DNA of 64,000 nucleotides, taken from positions 8,976-72,975 of the forward strand of contig CAZFXN010000001.1 in the NCBI GenBank assembly GCA_964523015.1. Reading direction: 5' to 3'. Below are positions 56,710 to 64,000 of the stretch, piece by piece; the first letter of the stretch is position 1; the number at the start of each line of letters is the position of its first letter. Position numbers and translations under genes: made by a program. The notes beneath the pieces are model-generated. The model was not told where the DNA came from. It did no database searches and was given only the letters and a program-made list of their open reading frames with translations. Origin of the DNA: an uncultured Bdellovibrionales bacterium. Its GTDB lineage: Bacteria > Bdellovibrionota_C > UBA2361 > J135.

Positions 56710-57576
56710 TTAAGACTGATTCATCCTAGAAGTAATTAGCGTGCTGCTCGGGATCCGGCGTTGAGTTTTCTCCTCTATCAAGCAAAGCTGGCTCACCGTC
56801 ACATTATCTGGGGAAAATTGCATTTTATCTAGTATGAGATTTCTGATTATCTCTCCATTTAATTCTGAGCCATGAAAAGTAAAAAAAAGAGCTCCATTGA
56901 CTGGGTCAATTACTTGATGACAAAGGCTTATAACCTCTAAAACAACTTCTGAAATATTCCAACTCCCCTCTTTAAACCGACTAAAGCCAGGGGGATCTAA
57001 GACAATGACCTGATATTTTTTCCCCCGCTTTGACTCCTTTTTAATAAAGGATACTGCATCCTCTTTTATAAGACGGATATTTGATAGATTATTTAATTCA
57101 AAGTTCTGCTTAGCCCAATCAAGTGAAGCTTTTGACGAATCAACGTGACAAACTTCAGCACCTTCCTTAGCGGCAACAATTGAGCACATTCCAGTGTAAG
57201 CAAAGAGATTTAAAACTTGCGGCGGTGTAATAGATGCGCTTACATCATTTTTTATACTAGATAGGTGCGCTGTTACTTTATCCAGATAACTAGCATGTTC
57301 TGGAAAAAGACCAATTTGACCATTCTCTTGTAATCGTAAAATGAGTGAAAAGCCTTTCTCTTTCATCTCCCAGTTTTCAAATTGCCCTGCCTGATGTTTC
57401 CATCCGCTGTGTTCATTAACTTGTTCAGTAAATTCTGCACTGATTTCTTTCCAAAGTTCAGGAAATCGTCTAGCAGAGAAGGCCTGGCTGCTCGGACGAA
57501 CTACTGTTTTGCTGCCAAATTGCTCAAGCTTCTGCCCATCACCAAAGTCTAACAGTTTATAACTATTTAATTTCAT
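56710..57576 (-). CDS. class I SAM-dependent RNA methyltransferase (RlmI/YccW-like catalytic domain)
   Basis: LNLFAYTGMCSIVAAKEGA (motif I) and VIVLDPPGFS (motif IV, DPP). Confidence 0.6.
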   Translation of the reverse strand: MKLNSYKLLDFGDGQKLEQFGSKTVVRPSSQAFSARRFPELWKEISAEFTEQVNEHSGWKHQAGQFENWEMKEKGFSLILRLQENGQIGLFPEHASYLDKVTAHLSSIKNDVSASITPPQVLNLFAYTGMCSIVAAKEGAEVCHVDSSKASLDWAKQNFELNNLSNIRLIKEDAVSFIKKESKRGKKYQVIVLDPPGFSRFKEGSWNISEVVLEVISLCHQVIDPVNGALFFTFHGSELNGEIIRNLILDKMQFSPDNVTVSQLCLIEEKTQRRIPSSTLITSRMNQS

Positions 57577-57822
57577 TGAACTATCTATAACTACCTAGAA
57601 TTACTTATCGAAAATTATCACAGTTCTATGATTCATGCGACAATTTGTGGATCCATCAAGGTACATTTATCGTCTTATCCAGTAGAGATATACCTGATAT
57701 CATTCTAATTTCTTGTCTTTAACCAAAAACTAGGTTAGGAATTAGAGGGTTCCAGGTTCTTTTTCTAGTATCTAGTTTGGTTAGTGCTTATTACATGATT
57801 TCATATATTTAGAGAGCTAAAC

Positions 57823-58155
57823 ATGAACAATAATCGTCATTGCGTTACTAAGGCTGAATTGGCAGAGGCAATTTATGAGAAACTGCCTGTTGATAAGCAG
57901 AAAGCAGCCCAGATCGTTGAAGATTATATTGAGCTGATTAAAGAGGGGCTAGATAAAGATAGCAAAGTCATGCTTTCAGGATTCGGATCTTTTGAGGTCA
58001 AATCAAAACCAGCACGTCGGGGCAGAAACCCACAAACTGGAGCAACAATAACATTACGAGCCAGAAAGGTAGTAAAATTTAAACCTAGTCAGCTTCTTAG
58101 AAAAGCTATTAATGATGGTGTTAATCCATCATCTGATGAAAAAGACGATATCTAG
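57823..58155 (+). CDS. HU/IHF family DNA-binding protein
   Basis: GFGSFEVKSKPARRGRNPQTGATI and the beta-arm RNPQTG. Confidence 0.85.
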   Translation: MNNNRHCVTKAELAEAIYEKLPVDKQKAAQIVEDYIELIKEGLDKDSKVMLSGFGSFEVKSKPARRGRNPQTGATITLRARKVVKFKPSQLLRKAINDGVNPSSDEKDDI

Positions 58156-58189
58156 CTAAAAATAAATTTCGAATTGTTATTTAAAAAAA

Positions 58190-58214
58190 GACCGGCTATT
58201 TGCCGGTCTTTTTT
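58190..58214. terminator. bidirectional rho-independent terminator
   Basis: aaaaaaaGACCGGCtatttGCCGGTCtttttt, with an A-run 5' and a T-run 3'. It lies between convergent genes. Confidence 0.75.
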
Positions 58215-58245
58215 ATTTTGTGTCTTTCACTGAAGAATCAGTTTC

Positions 58246-58581
58246 TCAAACAAGCTCTTCAAACAACATTGGCGGAGATTTAATATGAAATCCTGCCTGT
58301 TTTAATCTTAGCCATATATCACGGGCTATTTCTCGATTATCATCAGTCATAGTCTGATATACGTTAGGCAATGTAAGAACATGCGATAACGCACTTAGCG
58401 CATAAGATGCAGGACAACTCCCATCTGACATTCTATCCCTTATCATAGATAGGAACTTTTTAAGATCTTCAGGGGTCAATATATCAGTGCCTAATGATAC
58501 CTGCTCAAGAGTCTGGAGATTATCATCCTTACCATCAGTCTCTTTATCTTTCTTTGCTTTTGGGCTCTTCTCTTTTGTCAT
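58246..58581 (-). CDS. hypothetical protein
   Basis: 111-aa ORF. Confidence 0.4.
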   Translation of the reverse strand: MTKEKSPKAKKDKETDGKDDNLQTLEQVSLGTDILTPEDLKKFLSMIRDRMSDGSCPASYALSALSHVLTLPNVYQTMTDDNREIARDIWLRLKQAGFHIKSPPMLFEELV

Positions 58582-58658
58582 TTATTTACTCCAGTATTTA
58601 TCCTGTAATTCCAGTATTTATCCTGTAATTTAGATGTCGAACATTTCTCAAAGTTTCA

Positions 58659-59366
58659 TTAACGATCAATTGGGGTTATCTCTACAGCTTGATTATAACG
58701 CAATGGGTCATCTTTAGGATCAAGTAGTATCGGGGCTTCTATTATCATAGCCCTAGCTTCAATACGACGTGGCTCAAGACCACTATGAATCAACCTATTG
58801 GCAATAGCTTTAGAGCGTTCCTCAGCCAAATGGTAAGCATAGTCCTGTCCCGAGCTAATTCCCTCCTTAGCCTTACTTCGTGAATATGTTGTTATAACTA
58901 GCCTAGACCAAGGAAGTCGCTCCTTATTAAGACGGGCGATCTCATCGATTAGTGAAACTGCAGTTTTGGTAAGAGTGACTTCATCACCATAGAAAAAGTA
59001 ATCGGCTGGATAAATATCCCTAGTTGGATGTAGCTCTAGGCGTCTCTGATAATGTTCAGCCAAGATCGTATGAGCATTTGCTTGAGCACGTTCACTAGCG
59101 ATTTGCCTACTTAATCGAATCTGCGCTTCTTCGGTAGCATCAGCCATCGCTCCTTGCAATGCTCCAGCAACTGCACCAACACCTGCGCCAACTACGACAG
59201 CAGGGCCAGTAGGGGAAGTAACTTGTATGCCCGTAACAGCACCTGTGCCTGCTCCAGTGATCGCGCCCTGTAACATTCCACCACCCTGCTTATCAGGCCC
59301 TGGAGAATACTGGCATGCACTAAAAGAAATTGTACAAAAAATAAATACTATTGTGCTTAATTTCAT
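58659..59366 (-). CDS. lipoprotein with glycine-zipper segment and OmpA-like C-terminal domain
   Basis: Lipobox SFSAC. GAITGAGTGAVTGIQ...VVGAGVGAVAGALQGA. The C-terminus resembles the OmpA_C pattern. Confidence 0.45.
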   Translation of the reverse strand: MKLSTIVFIFCTISFSACQYSPGPDKQGGGMLQGAITGAGTGAVTGIQVTSPTGPAVVVGAGVGAVAGALQGAMADATEEAQIRLSRQIASERAQANAHTILAEHYQRRLELHPTRDIYPADYFFYGDEVTLTKTAVSLIDEIARLNKERLPWSRLVITTYSRSKAKEGISSGQDYAYHLAEERSKAIANRLIHSGLEPRRIEARAMIIEAPILLDPKDDPLRYNQAVEITPIDR

Positions 59367-59368
59367 AC

Positions 59369-60853
59369 TTATTGAATTAGCTTCTGATCAAATTTAACTT
59401 TCTGTAGGGACAGCCCTGCCAATGGCCCTGGGTCATCTCTAAGTCTTACTGACAGCCGATCATACGCATCTTCATTTCCTACGACAACTACAACAAATTT
59501 TGAAAGATCCCAACGACGTACGGCAACGCTCTGGACATCCCCGACGGTAACCTCTCTTAATTTTGGTAGATACGTTTCATCAAAATCATCAGGAAAACCA
59601 AGAAGCTTGATTGAAGCTCTTCGACTAAGGATCTCACTTGGGGAATCAAAGTTAAAAACAAAGGAGTTCTCAACTGAACGTCTTACTTCATCTAACTCAG
59701 TTGGTGGAACAGTTTCCTTCTGTAATGTAGTCAGGACATTTATAGATTCAATTATTGCAACATCGGTTGACTGGGATTTGGTTTGAACCATAATAATATT
59801 AGTTCCTTTTACCAATCCAGTTCTAATAGCTCCGTAGACTGAATAGGCCAAGCCAAGATCTGTTCTTATTCTATTAAAGAGTCTCGACAATCCAAATCCA
59901 GAACTTCCAAAAATTTCATTAAATGCATCAATAGCCGGATAGTCTGGTGTTAATCTTGGTACGCCAAGATGTCCAATTAGAATATTTGATTGAGTAACTG
60001 GAAGCGAAACAAAATATATGCCTGGCTTAGGATCCTGCAGAGTTTTAGATATAGGAGGTAGTTCAGGCTCTCCATTCCATTTATTTAAGTGCTTGGCCAA
60101 AAGTTCATTCAATTTTTCTTCAGATATCTTCCCTCCAATTGTTAGGAGTGCTTTTCCGGGCTTAACAAACTTTGAATACATCTTTAAGAGATCTGCACGT
60201 GAAATTTTCTCTATATCTTTAGCTGTAGAGACTCTACCAAAAACTGAATCGCCAAAACTAAGCTGTAAGTATGCAATCTGGGCAACTTCATCTGGATTCT
60301 CGATTCGACGTTTAATCGAATCTATTGTGTTTCCCTTCCAAATATCCAGCCTCTCTTTTTGAAATTTAGGACGTAGGACAACGTCAGCAAACATTGAGAA
60401 CACCTGATCCAGATCTCTATCTAATGAGGAAAAACTAACAGATCCAGATTCCTGTGAAAATGAACTAGAGATCCCTGCTGCTAACTTATCAAGCTGCATA
60501 TCAAGCTCTGAAGGAGAATAATTCCCGGCTCCTCCATCACGCATCTGTGAACCCATTGCTGAAGCCATTCCCATTTCATCTTGGCTCTGCCAGTAAGTTC
60601 CTCCAGGGAGATATAAGGTTCCATAAACTATAGGTAATTCATTGTCCTCAAGATAGAGAACGGTCAATCCGTTTTTAAGTCGCCATTCTTTCGGCTTTGG
60701 AGCATCAAAAAAAACTTCACCCTCTTTAAAATCAGCTGGTGAGATCCTACTACCAGAACTACATCCTAAAAAAATTCCTGAGCAGGCAGCAACAACCATC
60801 AACAACAAGATCTTGATGTTACAAACTACGATTTTTGTGGGAATCATCCTCAT
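59369..60853 (-). CDS. M16 family peptidase-like protein, non-catalytic subunit
   Basis: M16 fold pattern with a signal peptide but no HxxEH. ATGA overlap with the upstream active paralog. Confidence 0.65.
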   Translation of the reverse strand: MRMIPTKIVVCNIKILLLMVVAACSGIFLGCSSGSRISPADFKEGEVFFDAPKPKEWRLKNGLTVLYLEDNELPIVYGTLYLPGGTYWQSQDEMGMASAMGSQMRDGGAGNYSPSELDMQLDKLAAGISSSFSQESGSVSFSSLDRDLDQVFSMFADVVLRPKFQKERLDIWKGNTIDSIKRRIENPDEVAQIAYLQLSFGDSVFGRVSTAKDIEKISRADLLKMYSKFVKPGKALLTIGGKISEEKLNELLAKHLNKWNGEPELPPISKTLQDPKPGIYFVSLPVTQSNILIGHLGVPRLTPDYPAIDAFNEIFGSSGFGLSRLFNRIRTDLGLAYSVYGAIRTGLVKGTNIIMVQTKSQSTDVAIIESINVLTTLQKETVPPTELDEVRRSVENSFVFNFDSPSEILSRRASIKLLGFPDDFDETYLPKLREVTVGDVQSVAVRRWDLSKFVVVVVGNEDAYDRLSVRLRDDPGPLAGLSLQKVKFDQKLIQ

Positions 60854-62352
60854 GGAGTCCTCTCAGATTCAATCCTAGCTATAGTTCTTGTTTTGCCTGT
60901 TAAGTATGTATTAGCGACTCGCTTAACATCATCAGCAGTTACAGCCATCGCTTGATCGTACCAATCAATTGAAGATTCCCAGCCACCATGCAGTAATTCA
61001 GATGAGCCAAAATCTCGTGCCAGTGAGAGATTAGATTTAAGGTGTCCTAAGTACGACATTGCCAGACTTCTTTTTGCAATTTCGAGCAGCTCTTCATCAA
61101 CCTTACTTTTCTTAAACATCGTAACTACTTCATCAAATGAACGAATGAAATCATCATTACTATGTGGTGCCCTTACCACGCCGGAAAAAAGTAAAAGATT
61201 CGGATACGCGGTGCCGGGGGTTTCATCGTAGTCAATACTTGTTACAACTTTTCTCTTTCTAACAAGCTCAGTAAACAAAGGTGACGATCTTGTCCCAGCC
61301 AACATCTCAGCCATAACTCCAATTGGAGCATCATCAGGATGAGGATAGTTTGGTTTTTTAAATGCAAGGAAGGCTTGAGGAGCAGCACGAGTATTAAACC
61401 GAACCTCTCTTTGTCCGTCCTGTACAGGTTCAACTATACTGATTCTTTTTGGCTCGGGACCTTTTGGAAGTCTTCCAAAGTATTTCTCTAAGATTGCAAT
61501 ATCTTCTTTAGGATCCACATCTCCAACAATACTCACAACTATATTACTTGGTACGTAATAATGTTTTCGAAAAGCTTCTGTTTCCGTAGCTGTTAGGCTC
61601 ATTATATCTTGTGGGTGGCCAATGACAGGATTTCTATAGGGATGAATTGTAAATGCTGTAGAGAGTAAAAGTTCATATAGTTTACCAGGAGGACTGTCGT
61701 CATAACGCATTCTGCGTTCTTCCATAACAACATCACGCTCTTGATAGAACTGCCTTAATACTGGGTTTAGTAGTCGCTCTGACTCAATCCAACACCAAAA
61801 CTCAAATGCTGAGCTTGGTAAACTAATCATATAGTTGGTTAATTCTTTTGCAGTGGTCGCGTTTAACTCCTGTCCTCCTTTTATTCTAAAGGATTTTACA
61901 AGATCATCAGCACGCCATATCTTATTTAGTTCAGTCGTTAACTCCGCCCATCTATCTTGATCCTCCTTCGAGAGCTCTTTTCCTGCTGGATATCGAAGTG
62001 CTATCTCCTCAATCTGTTCTAGGAGTTTTTTCTCCTTAGAATAATCTAACGTGCCAATAGTAGAAGTTCCTTTAAAGGCCATATGTTCAAACATGTGGGA
62101 GATCCCTGTTTGACCTTCTTGCTCATCAACTCCGCCAACTCTTACAGTTATCACTCCTGAAAAAACAGGAGCGAATCCCCGCCGATACATTATGACTCGT
62201 AGACCATTACTGAGTGTATATTTTTTTGTTTTTTCCTTAAGCGTAGCCAAGGCACTGCTTGACTCAGACGTCTGAGCCGACACAGAAGCCAGCACGTTAG
62301 TGGTTATAAAAAAGAGAATAAGTATTAGACGTATCATGGTGCTCAAGATCAA
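60850..62352 (-). CDS. M16 family zinc metallopeptidase (pitrilysin-type)
   Basis: Signal peptide. Inverted zinc motif HMFEHMAFKGT (HxxEH). Confidence 0.8.
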   Translation of the reverse strand: MILSTMIRLILILFFITTNVLASVSAQTSESSSALATLKEKTKKYTLSNGLRVIMYRRGFAPVFSGVITVRVGGVDEQEGQTGISHMFEHMAFKGTSTIGTLDYSKEKKLLEQIEEIALRYPAGKELSKEDQDRWAELTTELNKIWRADDLVKSFRIKGGQELNATTAKELTNYMISLPSSAFEFWCWIESERLLNPVLRQFYQERDVVMEERRMRYDDSPPGKLYELLLSTAFTIHPYRNPVIGHPQDIMSLTATETEAFRKHYYVPSNIVVSIVGDVDPKEDIAILEKYFGRLPKGPEPKRISIVEPVQDGQREVRFNTRAAPQAFLAFKKPNYPHPDDAPIGVMAEMLAGTRSSPLFTELVRKRKVVTSIDYDETPGTAYPNLLLFSGVVRAPHSNDDFIRSFDEVVTMFKKSKVDEELLEIAKRSLAMSYLGHLKSNLSLARDFGSSELLHGGWESSIDWYDQAMAVTADDVKRVANTYLTGKTRTIARIESERTP

Positions 62353-62408
62353 ATGCGTTCTAACTTTAGATAAGACTATCTAATTAAGAGAGTTATAGCA
62401 ATCGTTCC

Positions 62409-63551
62409 TTAGTTTGGACAATGGGCTAATGGAATATGCAAGCTTACAACAGCTCCGCCCTGCTCTCGCTTGAGAAACTCCAACTGAGATTTATTAATTT
62501 CAGCATATCGATGAGCAATAGCCAGGCCTAGCCCACTTCCCTGCTGTTCAAATTTATCTCGATCCACTTGTGTAAAAGCACCGATCGAATTTTTAATTTT
62601 TGAAGGATCCATTCCGATTCCACTATCGGCGATAGATATTATAACCTCTTCAGTCGTGCAATACGCGGCAACTTCTATCATCTTATTTGCACCTGAAAAC
62701 TTTACCGCATTATCTGCTATTCTTTTTAGTGCTTCAACAACTTGTGGTTCATAGATATTAATTTTTTTATCAGGACACAGAATTGATGTCTGCACACGAA
62801 ATCCATTTTCCGAGACAAGACTTTCAATTGAAGAGAGAAAAGTGCTTACCACAGTATTAACACTACAAGGTTGTGATTTCTTCTCGAATAATCCATGAGC
62901 AATCCCAGCTTCAATCTGCTGTAGTAGCATAAAGTCATTTACTAACCTTTCGAGACGCAGACCGCCTCGATGGATTGCTTCAAGCAATCTCTTCGACTTA
63001 GAATTCTCATCTTCTCCGTTTAACTGAATATCATCTAACAGAATTTCTGTGCCTGTATTAATTGCAACTAATGGAGTTCGAAATTCGTGAGATAAAGTAT
63101 GTAAAACTCTCTTTCTAAATCTGTCCTGATTATCATCAACCGATTTTTTAATATTGCGAGATCTAGAAACTTTTCCTTTAACCGTTGATATTAACAGCTC
63201 AGGATCAAATGGTTTTGTAAAGTATCCATCACACCCAGATTGCCAACCTTTTTTCAGTTCATCATGCGAATCAAGTGCAGTTAGAAAAACAAATGGGATG
63301 TGGGCATGGAGATCATTATTGCGAACAGAATTAAAAAATTCGTATCCATCCATTTCAGGCATCATCACATCACAGATGATCACATCAAAGGAATCATGTT
63401 CAAGTACACTAAGAGCTTCAACACCATTGGTTGCCGTTTGAACATCAAAATGTTCACACTGAAATAATTTTTGGATAACACTTCTGATTAGATGATTATC
63501 ATCAACAATGAGAACTGACGCCCGATCAGAGGATTTTACTACTACTTCCAC
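62409..63551 (-). CDS. hybrid response-regulator receiver / histidine kinase
   Basis: REC N-terminus (LIVDDNHLIR...DVIICDVMMPEMDGY...K), HisKA H-box LSHEFRTPLVAI and a HATPase_c tail (ADSGIGMD, GSGLGLAI). Confidence 0.75.
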   Translation of the reverse strand: MEVVVKSSDRASVLIVDDNHLIRSVIQKLFQCEHFDVQTATNGVEALSVLEHDSFDVIICDVMMPEMDGYEFFNSVRNNDLHAHIPFVFLTALDSHDELKKGWQSGCDGYFTKPFDPELLISTVKGKVSRSRNIKKSVDDNQDRFRKRVLHTLSHEFRTPLVAINTGTEILLDDIQLNGEDENSKSKRLLEAIHRGGLRLERLVNDFMLLQQIEAGIAHGLFEKKSQPCSVNTVVSTFLSSIESLVSENGFRVQTSILCPDKKINIYEPQVVEALKRIADNAVKFSGANKMIEVAAYCTTEEVIISIADSGIGMDPSKIKNSIGAFTQVDRDKFEQQGSGLGLAIAHRYAEINKSQLEFLKREQGGAVVSLHIPLAHCPN

Positions 63552-63783
63552 AACTCTATACCCTACGACTATTTAGAACCTATAAACCTAGCTTGCCTTC
63601 TATATGGGCGACAGAATTAGCATGCACTTCAACCTATACCTTAAGACATCGACTTTAAGGAGAGTCTCCTAAAGCTTATATTCATATTCAAGGTCTGGAT
63701 TTTCTTACGAATTCTTCCTAAGCTGGAAAATTACTTAGCTCATTGATAAAAGTGAGCTTTCTTGAATTTAATAAGGAATAGTT

Positions 63784-64000
63784 ATGTCTGACTCCAAAAT
63801 AATCTTAGGCTTATTTCCCGGACAAGGCTCACAAAAAGTGGGGATGGGTGCACTTTTACATGCACAATCTGATCTTTCGCGTAGCTATTTTGCTGAAGCA
63901 GACAAAGTCCTAGGGTTTAGCCTCTCAGGTATCTGCTTTAACGGGCCAGGAGAAAAGTTAACCAATACTGCAATTGCGCAGCCAGCAATTTTAACGGTCA
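63784..64000 (+). CDS. fabD: malonyl CoA-ACP transacylase FabD, N-terminal part (runs off window)
   Basis: LFPGQGSQKVGMG and AQPAIL. RBS aagga upstream. Confidence 0.85.
   Translation, partial: MSDSKIILGLFPGQGSQKVGMGALLHAQSDLSRSYFAEADKVLGFSLSGICFNGPGEKLTNTAIAQPAILTV

Noticed and set aside
1-64000. tRNA, rRNA and CRISPR arrays
   Set aside because: I scanned intergenic regions for T-arm-like GGTTCRANYCC motifs, cloverleaf-sized GC-rich blocks and regularly spaced direct repeats. The only repeats found are short tandem arrays (15051..15087, 35195..35237) without spacer structure, and no tRNA-like sequence was seen.

Overview
This is a ~40% GC bacterial chromosomal segment with compact coding on both strands. 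I found no rRNA, tRNA, CRISPR array, integrase or transposase.

Left third (1..~17.1 kb): an F-type (Tra) type IV secretion system locus. It carries a thioredoxin-like TraF/TrbB C-terminus, then TraH-like, TraG-like, TraL-like, TraE-like, TraK-like, TraB/VirB10-like and TraV lipoprotein genes, then a second lipoprotein and the VirB4-family ATPase TraC. These are followed by envelope accessory genes (a lipoprotein, a bPH-domain membrane protein, a coiled-coil/SH3b protein overlapping an M23 peptidase), three tandem pilin-like paralogs and an outer-membrane beta-barrel gene. No relaxase, coupling protein, TraN, TraU or TraW lies in the window.

The rest mixes housekeeping genes (ispG, Fe/Mn superoxide dismutase, rsmE, IHF/HU, fabD N-terminus, an rRNA methyltransferase, an M16 peptidase pair, a DAACS transporter, a branched-chain-type substrate-binding protein, a hybrid response regulator/histidine kinase) with accessory genes. 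The accessory genes include a glycosylation cluster (GT-C-like membrane protein, GT2 enzymes, a thrombospondin-type-3 repeat/PT-linker secreted protein), an RGG/Gly-Arg-rich protein, a membrane pseudokinase, a HepT/MntA toxin-antitoxin pair, a RadC-like JAB protein and two DUF4143 ATPases.

Three genes look disrupted: a SEC-C motif gene, a Cas4-like nuclease and a DUF1016 remnant. Together with the eukaryote-like domains this suggests a host-associated lifestyle, which is an inference only.

Signals the gene calls do not explain: a degenerate RibBA paralog co-transcribed with an HD dNTPase, a twice-occurring structured ~60-nt element with compensatory base changes, a probable antisense ncRNA locus with its own intrinsic terminator, and several short tandem repeats.
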